A stretch of 64,000 bases of DNA from Puccinia triticina (taxonomy: Eukaryota). The notes beneath the pieces are model-generated. The model did not search any database. It saw only the letters and a list, made by a program, of their open reading frames with translations, and had not been told where the DNA came from. Every line of letters begins with the position of its first letter. Position 1 is the first letter of the stretch. The position numbers and the translations under genes are program-made. This document shows positions 49,730 to 62,190 of this stretch, piece by piece. The stretch is from contig CP110439.1 of the NCBI GenBank assembly GCA_026914245.1, positions 6,572,001 to 6,636,000 on the forward strand, given 5' to 3'.

Positions 49730-51099
49730 CTAAAGCCTATTTGGGATGGTCCCAATGGCACGGTGGTGATTGAGGCACTTGCGCTGGACCAATTTTTGGT
49801 GATCGGCAGCACTGGCCGAGTCAGGAGGGCCCGCGGTTGCCGAGTCTGGAATGTTATCTTTGTTTGCGCAGAGCTCGTCCCAGGCATCCCCAAGCCGCGA
49901 AAGCATGTTGTGTAGAACAATGCAGACATTGATCCATCGTACTATCTCTTTCATGTCTTTTTTTTTCCAAAGTCCAAGGCGAAGTTGCTGGAGAGACGCC
50001 CATCGGCCCTTTAGTATTCCGATTGTATGTTTGTTTCGCACTCAAGACTTAGCCAGGCAATAATTGAAATCTGAGTTTACTGGATCGTGTGCCGCCGGTG
50101 CTTTGTACCCTGGGATGCATGTCATCGTTAAACTGTACGCCGTGTCCGCCAGAAGGTACTGTCCTACATGATTTGCACCAATCTTAGCAACCACTTGCAT
50201 AACCAATCTTAACAAAGAAGCTCACCTGCATCAAAATGCTGTTCTGGATCGGTGTGAACAGACATTTGCTGAAACACAAAGCTGTCCCCGCATGATCCAG
50301 GCCAACCGGTCAGAAAAGAGGTAATAAACTTGTCGCAGTCGCATATAATCTGGCCGTTTATTGAATATTGTTTTTTACGATCCCAGTAGACCTCGCCATC
50401 GAGTCCCGGCCGTTGGTACAAAGGTATTGTTGTGCCATCTACAAATCCAATGCAACCTTCAAACCCTTCTTCTTTCATAACTTCCGATATTTCCAGTCGC
50501 CAATTACAATCTGGCCACACAATAAACTCGGAGTCAAGGCTGTTGATTGCCCTGATGACTCTCCGACTCACTTTGACAACAGTTCCGTGTGCAACGGACA
50601 GATTTCGAGCAAATCTTCCAACCGAAGCTCCGTTTCCGTTTGATCCGAGGTGCTCTAGTGTCAAGGCCAACTGGTGCAGTATGGGAAGCTGGGGTCGACG
50701 GCTGTTATTGTGGAATACTGCGTTGTCGATGATTTGGTTGAGGAGCCAGACGAAGCCACTTTTCGTTGTTCGGACGGATTGTTTGAAATCAGCAGGTCGC
50801 ATGTCAAAGAGCCGGCCCAAGTCAAACTCATCGTGAGTTCTTGCGGGGAGTCGTTCGTTCAAGTAGCGTCGCGAGAGGACCGATTCCAAAATATTTCCAA
50901 CTTCGGCCTCGTCCTCAAACAGCATATCAATCACTAATCTCCCCGAGGCATCGTTTGGGTAAAGCATCGTACCAAGGGTTGGGATCGAGGGGATGTTAAG
51001 CGCATTGTTGATGAGGTTGTTGGTCTCTTCAAAATGGAGGAGAACGTGAATCATGAAGAGATCACGGATGATTGCTTGACGTTCGCTGATCTTGCGCAT
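49730..51099 (-). pseudogene. Harbinger (DDE_Tnp_4-type) transposase
   Basis: CIGFVDGT, DRKKQYSIN, GWPGSCGDS, intron 50225-50164, YLLADTAY, then AKS*VRNKHTIGILKGRW (stop, and the expected catalytic E reads K). Confidence 0.92.
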
Positions 51100-51405
51100 G
51101 GCTGGGACTTGAGATGAATTCGGGAGGTGGGTGAGTAGGGCGAGTCACAAGCACCCGGGAATGTTTCCATCACCCAAGGAATACTCGAGCAGATTTCTTG
51201 GGTCATAAATTTTAAGGTGCGCAGCTTCTGCGCAGCACAAGTAAGGAGTACTCGAGTTCACTCAAACTCTTTCCCGGGTATTCTTTTGTGAAACCCCCTA
51301 TTGGCTCCGGCGGGCTGCTGCTGCGGAGGGGCGTCCCATGGACCAACCGCTGCCTAAAAGCGGGTGGTGCCCAGCACTTCTGCCGCCAGCACCACACCAG
51401 CAGAG

Positions 51406-52888
51406 ATGGACTCACCAGCAGCAAGCACCACCATCCTCCCCTCAGAACCACTCCCACTCTCATTCCCTTCGATCCTCATCAACCCAAAACTCAAGCATCT
51501 CTCCAGCCAACTCCCAAAGAACCACCATCGCCCCCAGAAAACAGACCCATCCAGCGCCGACACTCGGCCGATCGGCAAACGGAGACTGCAGCGGGTTGCC
51601 AATGGTCAGTCACTTCCCCTGACCAAAGAAACCAATCATGCCCAGCCTAATTTGTTGGTTTTCCGCCGTTTAAACAACAGCTCAATTCAGCTCGAATCCC
51701 CATGTCAGTCGGCCGACAAGTCGGGACTATCAACTCTGGACGGCAGACCCGCAGGTGAAGTTCCCCACCCCGCCGCCGCGAGGATATCCGAGTTCGCTAT
51801 ACATTCCGCCGGCGGAGCCGATCCCGCTCGACCCGTTTTCGGCGACGATGGGCGCGTTCAACCGGTCCTTGAAGGGCGTGCGGAAGAACATCCAGCGGCT
51901 TGTTGGGGCCCATCCATCCGTAGAGGGTGGACCGGGGCCGGTGGAGGAGATCCTGCTGAAGATTGATGAGCAACTGGCGCGCTGGATCGACTCGCATACG
52001 GTTTGGAAGACGACGGAGACGGACTACTCACGGACGATCGTCGAGCCTACTCCCTGGCCTTCGCCTGCGCCCCTGAGAGACAAGCCTCTATCGGAGCCCT
52101 GTTCGGAGCCGTCGATTGTCGAGATCAGTCGCTCCCCGCACATGTTGAACTGGGAAGTCCGGAACCCCTTCGGCCGATATCTGGTGCACTGTGTGGCCCG
52201 TTATTACGGCATCGTCTCCTTCTCCCGTCCGGCCGCCTCCCCCGCCTCCGAGCCTGCACTACCCGGCTCACAGCGAACAGTGGTCTGCATGGTCAAGGCC
52301 CATTTCCCCACCCAAAGAGGCTCCCGGATCGACGGTAACCAGTCCCTCGATACGCCTCCCACCACCGACCTCGACAGCGAACTGTCGGCACCCGAAGTCC
52401 TGTCTGAAGACTCTGGCGCACTCACCGACGGCGCACTCACCGACGATGAGCGCCCACCTCCACACACCATCCCCCGGCCCTCCCTACCACCTGTCCTTCC
52501 GACATCCATCCGAGTCGACCAGCCTGCCAAGCTCCTCTCCAACCATCCTGGCCTCTCCGATCCCGAGGCTGCTGATCACTCGTCCTTGGACTCCTTTGGG
52601 GAAGACAACGACGAGGATGAGCGAGAGTCTACAGCCAGTAGTGCTAGAGACGAAAACAGAGCCGAATGGACAAGCCTTGGCGACCAACAAGACCCCAACC
52701 AAACCATCACCGCTCACTCTCTCTCTTGTATTGTCCAACCTACCCCGGCTCTTCTCCACACTTCCGCCACCAATAGCCCAATCAAAAATCCAATTCCTAC
52801 TACTACTGCTTCTCCTCTCAAATCATCCTCTGTTAAACTCTGCATCGACCGTCCCCGGCTCGGCTTTTTGGAGTGGGTTAGGAGTTGA
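51406..52888 (+). CDS. R3H-domain protein with an R3H-associated-type N-terminal region
   Basis: Exon 1 51406-51604, intron 51605-51680 (GTCAGT...AACAG), exon 2 51681-52888 in frame; GKRRLQRVANAQFSSNPH and FGRYLVHCVARYYGIVSFS (RxxxH). Confidence 0.8.
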
Positions 52889-53780
52889 ACATTTTCCCTC
52901 GTTTATAAGTACTTTCAAGTTGCCGATTTTTTTGCAATTATGATCAGCATTTTTTCACCCCAATGAAATATAGGAAGACACATCATGCTTGAAGAAAAAG
53001 TCGATCGTCAGATTAGTGTATAAGTAGCATAACGCCTTCGCACTTTACGAAGGTCTCCTGACATAGCGGATGTGTATATTTGGCAGTCCTTCACTCTTAT
53101 ATTTTTTTTTGTAATCTATCATTCAAGCCGGAATCTCCGGAATCTATTGCCGGAGAAACTTCCCTGCCTGAAAATGTCTATTGTCTGTTGAATGCAAACT
53201 GAATGCTACCGTTGAAATTATGCGGTTCAGGAGCAAATATTGTGTATTTTCACCTGTAACTGTATTTGACAAGCAAATTTTAGGCTCTGTTTGGATGCAC
53301 CATTATATATCATAAATGGGCAAATTTATGATATGCAACCCTGTGCAACCCCCAGGGTTTTTAGAAATTTGGTGGCAATGGGGGATGAATTTTGGGTCTA
53401 GGATAAAAATAAAACTTTAGAGCCAATTTTAAGGACTTTATGGACAATTTTTTACAAAATGAAGAAGTTGCTCTGATTGTCAGGGGACACCCAATCCTGT
53501 ACATCTTGCCATATTTTTAAAAAGTTGTTGATAAAGGCCTTAAAATTGACTCTAAAGTTTTATTTTTGTCCTATTGTGAATTCCCCTATTACCTTCTTCT
53601 CTTGATGCTAATTTCGTTTTTTGAATACTTTGCAAAACATGATTTCCCAGGTTCAGAGTGGATCACCAAACAACCGACTTGGTTTGTTTGAACCAAGCCC
53701 GTGACACGTGTGCAATTGCCAGATGAGATACAACGTGATATGAGTAACCCTTCTTTTTTCAGTTTCTCTCCGCATCAATC

Positions 53781-54105
53781 CAACGGTGCAACAAATACTA
53801 TACATGTATTGTATTGTTTTGTACAGCATATATATTGTATTTGTATTGTATTTTTTACCCAATACAATACAATGTATTTTTTGAATAATGTATTGCCCTC
53901 CCCAAATGTAATATTTTGTGGATTGGCATGGTCAATACATTTTTTTGAAATGTGTGGATTGGCATGGTCAATACATTTTTTTAGAAACTTTAATTATTGG
54001 GTGACCAATGCAATACCAATACGCCAAGACAATTTGTATTCAAAAATAAATACAATACAATGTATATGCTTATACAATACATGTATTGCATTTGTTGCGC
54101 CGTTG
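53781..54105. mobile_element. MITE with CAACGG termini
   Basis: caacggtgcaacaaat / atttgttgcgccgttg; flanks atcaatc / ctcaatc; tattg/caata subterminal repeats. Confidence 0.85.
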
Positions 54106-56125
54106 CTCAATCAGTGCTCAGAACAGGCAAGGCTATGGCTCTATGTATACATGTGTCTTTGCCTATTGATCCCGGTGGCATGCTGGGATATGACAGTTAT
54201 TTTACTTTAATCCCAAATTTTCCAAATATTTTTATAACAAATTTTGATCAGAGATGCAAATCCAAGTTTATTAAAGACACAGATTTTCCAGAACCACCCA
54301 AAAAAAGATCAAGGGTTTCCCCATTGTACAAAAAACACATTCAAAAACCACAAATTTTCCTCAAACAACACAAAAAAGCACTCTAAATTCTCAACCTAGC
54401 CCTCAGGCTCCAGTATCAGCAGAAGTGCTGTGTCCACAGGCTCATGAACCCCCAGCCTGCGTCAAGTGCACGGGTCAAAAAGGTTGGAATTGAAGGCCCC
54501 TGGCCTGCAGTAAAGGCTGCTGAGCAGTGGGGGGCCCACTCTTTGCCCCTCAAACTGCGCACATGCAACAGCGGAGGGATTGAGGACAATGGATAGCTGG
54601 AAGTGCAGCATTTCCAATTGCCTGGGGAAAAAACACTCCAAGGGGATTCAACCTTTTATCTTCTTTATCAAATCAACTCTTGTTGTCAGAGTGTTAGTAC
54701 TGTCACTTCTGCCACTACCACCACGCTGCCACTTGAATCCATGGCAGCTTTTGCAACAACCTTAATTTTGATTGTGGCAACAGCGTTCACCCAACCAGGT
54801 TTCAGGCCCATTGCGCCTCAGCCTTAAGATTGACCTAATTAGTATGATTGGATCACACATTTCCACCCAATTTGACCTGGTGGTACCAGGCATCAACGGA
54901 ATGTGTGCCCATAATGGCTGGTACAACCCAGACATGGAGAGTAACAATTGCCAAGTAAACCCGGGTACCTGCGGCGGGTGCGGGTACCGCCTGGTTTTTT
55001 CGCCCAAAACAGACACCCGCACCCGCACCGGCACCTGGCACCCGCGGAGGGTACCGCGGGTACTTGCAGGGAAGAAATGTGCCTTTTTGATGACCAGTGT
55101 GTGCCGGTCACTGAGAGGGTTGTGTACCCTCTTGATGACCGGTGTGTGCCAGTCATTGAGAGGGAGGTGTGAGGAGGTTTGCCTTCTTGATGAACAGTGT
55201 GTGTGCTGGTCATCAAGAGGGAGGTGTACCCTCTCAATGGCCGGTGTTTTCCGGTCATTGAGAGCTGAGAGTCAAGACCCCCTTGATGAATGGTCTCTGC
55301 TGGTGACAGCTCTGTTTATGAAGCTTAGGGCAAAAAAACTGTCAAAATAAGGGTTTTGGGCCCTAGCACTATAACTGTGCTGATGTAAACACTGGTAAGT
55401 TAAATTACCAAGTTGGTTACGTGGCAAATATGGCCACTAAAATGGTTTAAACACTCTTTAACAGAGGAAGGATTAATTATGTAATTATTAATTACAGGGA
55501 ATTAATTTGGCGTAAAAGTAGGTGGTAAGCGCTTAAACTGATTGGCTGCTTGATAGAGGCGGAGGTCTTACAGCAACTGCTTATAAGGATAAATCTTTAA
55601 ATATGCTAATAAGGGATTTTTGATGATTTAAAGGGTTTGATGCAGTGGATTTTGCGTGCTGGGGATGGTTTAAAAGGAAAAGGGGCTACAATAGTAGCAG
55701 GGGAGAATATTCACGACAAACTTACGGTTTATGGGCGGTGAATGGTCTGGGGCATCTTTTCCTGAGGGCCAAATAGGCCTCTATTTATACAGGGGACTTC
55801 AGTGGGCGCAACCACTAAGTCCTTTTCTCCCTATGGAAGTATCCTGAGGTGTACCCGGGAACAAGGCTTGGCTGTGGGCAATTTATTTGTATTATAATAG
55901 ACTAATTTCCCTGACTCTGTCACATGACATGTTTATAACCAATTGTCATGTGAAAGAGCTTCAGTAGAAGTCTACATAATGCTTTCACGGGGTATTTTTA
56001 CACAGCTAATATTACTCTTTAATTTACAATAGTTCAATTTTATGTACTTTGTTTATTTTACTATTTTTTTGTATGTAATACCTTTTTTGGTCGCTTTCTG
56101 GGGCCAATTCTTAATTATAAAATTA

Positions 56126-58416
56126 GGGGCAGGCTAAATCCACACCAAAAAATTACTTCATCCACTCCAAAAATGGAGTGAACAGTAGTCCACTCCAACT
56201 TTCATTGGAGTGAACCATAGTCTACTCCAAATTTTGTTGGAGTGAACAAAATTACACTCCAAAAAACCCTGTTTTTTGGAGTGTAACCATGATGCACTCC
56301 AAAAATTTTGGAGTGAACCCAATTCCACTCAAAAGATATATTTTCCAAAGTAAAATTACGGACTTACTTCGCGCACTGCGGAAAACTCTTTGCGCACTGT
56401 GGGGGTCGTCTTCTCAACGTCCCGCGCCCAGTGCGCGCTTTCGCCACAGCTCTTTGCGCACTGTGCATTCCCCCAAAAAAACGGCTTGCATTTCTTGAGA
56501 TATTTTTTGATGAATCAATAGAATGGCTTTTTATGATCCCCCTAAAAAATAATCAAGTCATTTAGGGGTCTCCTTGAGCCTAGAGAAAATTGACATGAAA
56601 AAATCATATTTTAACGCGGCAGGAACCTGTAATATCGCTTCCTGTGCCACAGTAGCCCCAAGAATTTCACAGTATCATGGCACATGTGCAAATTCATGAC
56701 CTGATAATTTTCAGAATTTTTCCCAGAGATATAAGGGGTGCGCGGCAGGCTTAGTAGGAAAATTAATGCTAAATGTATAGCTTTTTTGTTACACACCCAA
56801 ACAGTTCCAAAATTTCAGAAATGTTTGCATTGTGAATATTCTCCGCGCCATAAATTTCTTGGCAATAGTCTGTCATGATAACATGAGATGTAGTGCGGCG
56901 GGCTTAGTTGGAAAATTACTGCTAACTTATCTCATGTTTTAATGACACACTATTGCTAAGAGCTTTATGCCGCGGAGAATATGCAAAATTGAAACATTCC
57001 TGAAAATTTCAGACTGTTTCAGTGTGTAACAAAAAATCTATACATGTAGCAGCCATTTTCCTACTAAGCCCGCCGCGCACCCCTTATATCTCATGTTACC
57101 ATGACACAATATTGCCAAGAAATTTATGGCGCGGAGAATATCCACAATGAAATCATTTCTGAAATTTTGGAACTGTTTGGGTGTGAAACAAAAAAGCTAT
57201 AAAGTTAGCAGTAATTTTCCTACTAAGCCTGCTGCGCACCCCTTATATCTCATTTTATAATGACACACTATTGCTAGGAATTTCAGGGAATTAATTTGAA
57301 GCATATCTCTCTGTGCTCTCAAAATTTCGTGCCTTTGGTGTGCGTAACAAAAAAGTTATACATATACGCAAAATAATAAACGCAATACCTATTTGGGCTA
57401 CAGGAAAGCTGGTGAAAATTCTGAAAATTATCAGGTCATGAATTTGCACATTTACCATGATACTTTGAAACTTTTGGGGCTACTGGGGCACAGGAAGCGA
57501 TATTACAGGTTCCTGCCGCGTTAAAATATGATTTTTTCATGTCAATTTTCTCTAGGCTCAAGGAGACCCCTAAATGACTTGATTATTTTTTAGGGGGATC
57601 ATAAAAAGTCATTCTATTGATTCATGAGAAAATATCTCAAGAAATGCAAGCCGTTTTTTTGGGGGAATGCACAGTGCGCGAAGAGCCGTGGCGAAAGCGC
57701 GCACTGGGGGCGGGACGTCGAGAAGACGACCCCCACAGTGCGCGAAGAGTTTTCCGCAGTGCGCGAAGTAAGCCCGTAAAATTATTCATTTTTTTGGAGT
57801 GCACGGATGTTCACTCCAAATTTATTGGAGTGCAATATTCTAGTGAAACAATTCAGGGTTCTCAAAGAGGAACAAAACCTTATGTCAGCATCATATGTGT
57901 ATTTAAAATACATCAAAAATGATGTATGCACAATTCTTTCAGTATCTACAATGACTAAAACCTTCACCAGAAATAAATTTGGGGGGATTCAATTAGGTTG
58001 ATTCATGTAACCTGCATACTACTGCTAAAATGTTTTCCTGGTACTCCATCCCAAGAACTTGGAATATACATTGTTCAAAGTTATTATACAGATTCAAAAT
58101 TGCATTTTTTTAAATTTGAGAAGCCTTAATCCACTCCAATAAATTTGGAGTGAACATCTGTGCACTCCAAAAAAAAAAATGAAAAAATCTCCCTTGGAAA
58201 AAATATTTTTGGAGTGGAATTGGGTGTACTCCAAAATTTTTGGAGTGCATCATGGGCACACTCCAAAAAACAGGCTTTTTTGGAGTGTAATTTTTTTCAC
58301 TCCAACAAAATTTGGAGTAGACTATGGTTCACTCCAATGAAAGTTGGAGTGGACTACTGTTCACTCCATTTTTGGAGTGGATGAAGTAATTTTTTGGTGT
58401 GGATTTATCCTGCCCC
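56126..58416. mobile_element. Foldback element (outer) with cactcca/tggagtg repeats
   Basis: ggggcagg.taaatccacacc termini, ~215-bp TIRs; TSD taaaatta (56118-56125, 58417-58424). Confidence 0.92.
56359..57776. mobile_element. Foldback element (inner) with long TIRs
   Basis: cggacttacttcgcgcac / gtgcgcgaagtaagcccg; arms over 350 bp; TSD taaaatta (56351-56358, 57777-57784). Confidence 0.92.
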
Positions 58417-60689
58417 TAAAATTAGTACATGAATGAATAGGAATAAGGGGTTACTTTGAGTGGGTGACCCCCCTTAATTTATGATGAGGAACCTGATTCT
58501 GCAATAATAATTCACTAATTATTATTATTTACTAAGTTATTGCAGTTTTTTGGATACTTGATGTATCTCTAAGGCTGACAGCTGGGGTCATCAAGAGGGC
58601 TGTGTGCCTTCTCAATGACCGGCACACACCAGTCATCAAAGGTGTACCCTATGATCAATGGCTGGTGTGTGCCGGTCATTGAGAGGGAGGTGTGCCTTCT
58701 TGATGACCAGTGTGTGTGCTGGTCATCAAGAGGGAGGTGAACCCACTCAATTGCCAGTGTGTTCCGGTCATCAAGAGGGATGTGTGCCTTCTCAATGACT
58801 GGTGTGTTCCGGCATCAAGAGGGTACACAAGCACCAACTGTTCATTGAGAGGGGTGCTGCGGGGCGGGTGTTGACCACGGGTACCCGGGTACCTGGTGTT
58901 TTTTTTGCCAAATTCCACCACCGCACCCGCACCCGGCACACGCGGGCGGGTACCCGCTGTACAGTCGTGGGTGCTGGGTACCGCCAAACAGGTATCAATA
59001 TGTTAGTGTGTCAGGAAAATCTGAATACATTTGCCTGACACATTCTCCAGTTGCTGAATTTTTTTTCAAAATATTTAAAGTTAAGGGACAATTCCAGGGG
59101 AACAAACCTTGAATTAACCAGGATTTGGGTGTGACTTCATAAAATCTCCCTAAAATTAGTTTTGTACATATCACCAGGGGGGGGGGGGGGAATGGTTGCA
59201 CTCTCCAGAGAGTGCCAGATGTTAAATTGTTTCAGGAAGGCTGCCAGATGTGAGCTGTGCCTCAGTTTTAACTCAGTCATGTGCTAGCTTGATGTTATGA
59301 CCAACTGATATCAATCTTTGCTGTAGTCATGCTTTTATAATCTGACTCAAGGCCAAGGCGGCTCCGCCGCTGCAAAGCCAAAACCCATATCCCCCCTTCC
59401 TTTGCAGGCTAATCAGATATATAGATCAAAATTTAGTCAAAGCTGGCTTGATCATTGATTTTCAATTTCACACTCTCAGTTAGATTGCTTTAACACATTG
59501 CAAAAGAAAAAAAAGCTTTATAGCAACATGCACCTGGATTATGAATTATTTACTTCTCTATTTCATTTATCCAAGATTGAGGCCTCTTTATGCAATCTTG
59601 AATTTGAAAATATCCACCTCAAGGATTGTTGACATCAAATTTTATCTTGTGGTTAACTCACTGTAAAAAACTACCTCCACTTCAAACCAGCCCACAAATT
59701 TATAATTTATCACATGAGAGGGGCAACTCCAATATGTGTCCAAAATCATGCAGAATATAGCTGGTTTATTTTCATGACATATTTCCCAATAGCTTTAAAT
59801 CACAAGTTCTTGATATGAATTCAGTTGTTTGCAAAGAAGCATAAGTAATAAATTTGAGTCTGAGAAATGACATGAAATGTGCTCCAAATTCCAATCAATC
59901 CACTTGATATGATTTTGAATAGCCACCATGTAATCTATTATGGATTCTGACTTTCTTCAGGCTACAACTACTTACTTCCATCCCATTACTCAGCTCAGGG
60001 AGCTGTTGAGTAATACATATGTATTAGTAGGTAGACAAAATTGATTCTTGCCCATTCAAGATCAAGCTAAAGCAGTGTCATAAATAATAGACAATCTTTC
60101 TCTAACAACTCAGACAATAGTCAACAGCAATCCCACAGACTTGGCAATCAGAGAGAGACTGGATATGTTTCCAATTGATGGTAGATCCTGTCAAAATAGC
60201 AGAGGCCACAAGAAGAAAATGAAAAACACACAGCAATGTGTATCATGTGTGGAGGGACAGACCTCGTGGAGATTGTTGACAACCAAAGGGCTAAGTTCAC
60301 AGGCCCCAAAGCTGCCAAGAATGCAGAGGAAGCAGGCAAGGCCTTGGGGTGGATGAAGCCCAAGAGGGTTGTGGCAAGCCTGAGGGCGTCGAGGGCGACG
60401 CAAGTGGCTCGGCGTCCAGGATGCTTGTCTGCAGCGTTGGGGAGCAGTGGAACAGGTCTCTTTTTAAGCTGGACGGAGCCAGGGACATAGATTGTTGCCC
60501 GTGTGATGTGTTCGCATAGCAGGCTATAGGAGGGGGAAGGAGACGTACGTGTGGATGTGGAGGCCAATTTCTTGGTAAAAGCCATCCAAGATCTGTCTGA
60601 GGCTGTCGTAGCAGTCAACGGGGCACCGGGAGATCGTAATCGGGGGCCATCCTGCTGCTCCTCCTCAAACGAGCTCGGCAGAAAGTCGC

Positions 60690-61085
60690 GGGGACGTTAT
60701 AGGAACTTCCCCGCCATCTTTGGAGGCTTGCTAGTCTTCTCACCCACTGATAACATCAACACCGACGGGATCTACCCAGCCAAATATACCCATCAGGACG
60801 GCATTTGGCTGGAGGGACAGGCAGCGGTGGTGATGGAGAACTACGACTGCTTGTTTGCTGAGACTGCACGGGAATTTTACCGTTCTCCTTCCACGAGAAC
60901 CCTTCCGCCTCCCGCGCAGCAGAGCCGGAAGACCGGAACCGGCGCCGAGCTTGTTATCGGACCAAACTTCAGCACTGGCTTGTCCCCCGAGAAGGCTGCC
61001 ACGGCCCTTAGAAACGCCGGGACCCAGCTGGTGATTGCAGTTAGTTTTGGCGAGATCCTTCAACAGAACGTGATCAATAACAGTA
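60690..61085 (+). pseudogene. LYS4: Fragment of a homoaconitase (Lys4-like) C-terminal swivel domain
   Basis: DNINTDGIYPAKYTHQD...VMENYD...GPNFSTGLSPEKAATAL...SFGEILQQNVINN; the conserved FG.GSSRE motif is degenerate and the N-terminal domains are absent. Confidence 0.8.
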
Positions 61086-61140
61086 GAGAGGCATTATAAG
61101 TGAGCTTAGTATTCTTGATGATTGTAGACAAGGGAAAAGT

Positions 61141-62190
61141 TCAGGGACATTCCTCGATGTCAATCACCCGTCGATGGCCTTTTTCAGCCAATCCGATGGC
61201 CAGTCCACCAGGACCGGAATGATAATCTTGAGCAGACTCTTCTTCTTGTACTGGGGCAGCCTTCTGGTTCTTCAATTGACGTGGTAGTTCGAAGTGAGGC
61301 GTCAACTTGGTACGGTATTCGTATTCTTTGGGCGATTGCAGAGTCAGTTCTACCATGGGGATTGAGGATGGATCGAGACCTAGACACAAAGTCAACGCTG
61401 ATTAAGCAGTGCTGTCCCTATGGAATTTGGCTTTTTGAAACAAACTAAGCCAAAAAGTGTTTGAAAGCTTTCTGGACCGCGATTTGTTTAAGATCCAGCT
61501 GTTTCTGATAATGGATCATTTGATACTAAACAAAATACACACGGGGATCAGTTTTGAAATCTAGGAAGTTATTTTGTTTGGATCAAGTAGAATTGGAGGG
61601 AACAACTTGCCTGGCAACACTGCCAGAATAATTGGCTGGGCTGAGGTTATCCCAGTTAAACTGGGATGCAATCAACCAATTCAAACTTGGGTGATCTCAA
61701 CTGATGAAATATAAATCCAAGACCCCCCTTGGTTTTATATTTGATTGGTTGAGATCAACCAAGTTTAAATTGGTTGAGTGCATCCCAGTTAAACTGGGAT
61801 GACTTAAACCCAGCCAAATATGCTGGCAGTGCAACCAGAACACTTTCCAAAGTATTTACATCTGATCAAGGCATCATTTCTTGATTCTCCGGCTGTCACA
61901 ACACTGATCAAATCACCAACCGAGTGAGTAAAATTATGTCTAAAGATTCTGGATCTTACTAAATCACCTGGGACACAGAATGGTATGACAAGAGCCCAGT
62001 TCTTTTGGGGTGAAATCGCGATTCCATCTCCTACAGAAGCATACCACATCGTCAATCTACAAGTTGTTTGTGTGCTCCTGTTAGAAAACAGAGAATAAAA
62101 AAACCAACCAAAGCTACTCAAGGCTGAGATCTCCACCTCGATCTTCAAAACCTTGATGAGCATTTGTTCAGGGAGCAATAACCGTCTCAA
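61141..62190 (-). pseudogene. TRM2: Fragment of a tRNA (uracil-5)-methyltransferase (Trm2-like), N-terminal part
   Basis: ISALSSFG|DGIA...VPGD, CKYFGKCSGCQ|YQMIHYQKQL, YEYRTKLTPHF, VIDIEECP then stop; introns retained; SAM-binding half absent. Confidence 0.82.
61618..61831. mobile_element. CACTG-ended (CACTA/EnSpm-like) MITE inside the TRM2 fragment
   Basis: cactgccag.ata.ttggctggg TIRs; 3-bp TSD caa; removing it restores CSGCQ. Confidence 0.85.

Larger units (their letters stand above)
45632..51299. mobile_element. PIF/Harbinger transposon 2, both ends present
   Basis: TIRs agggggtttcacaa / ttgtgaaaccccct; 3-bp TSD att; convergent accessory gene and transposase. Confidence 0.9.
55304..58580. 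mobile_element. Solo LTR (~980 bp net) containing foldback insertions
   Basis: tgacagc...ggctgaca ends; 5-bp TSD gctgg (55299-55303, 58581-58585). Confidence 0.8.
54950..58990. mobile_element. Non-autonomous hAT-type element (GGGTACC ends, gatgaccgg repeats) holding nested insertions
   Basis: GGTACC clusters at 54957-55065 and 58860-58990; the repeat array continues on both sides of the LTR; exact termini unresolved. Confidence 0.6.

Noticed and set aside
53283..53680. Possible decayed Tourist-like MITE (ggctctgtttgg ... ccaaacaacc)
   Set aside because: Right terminus and TSD are not convincing.
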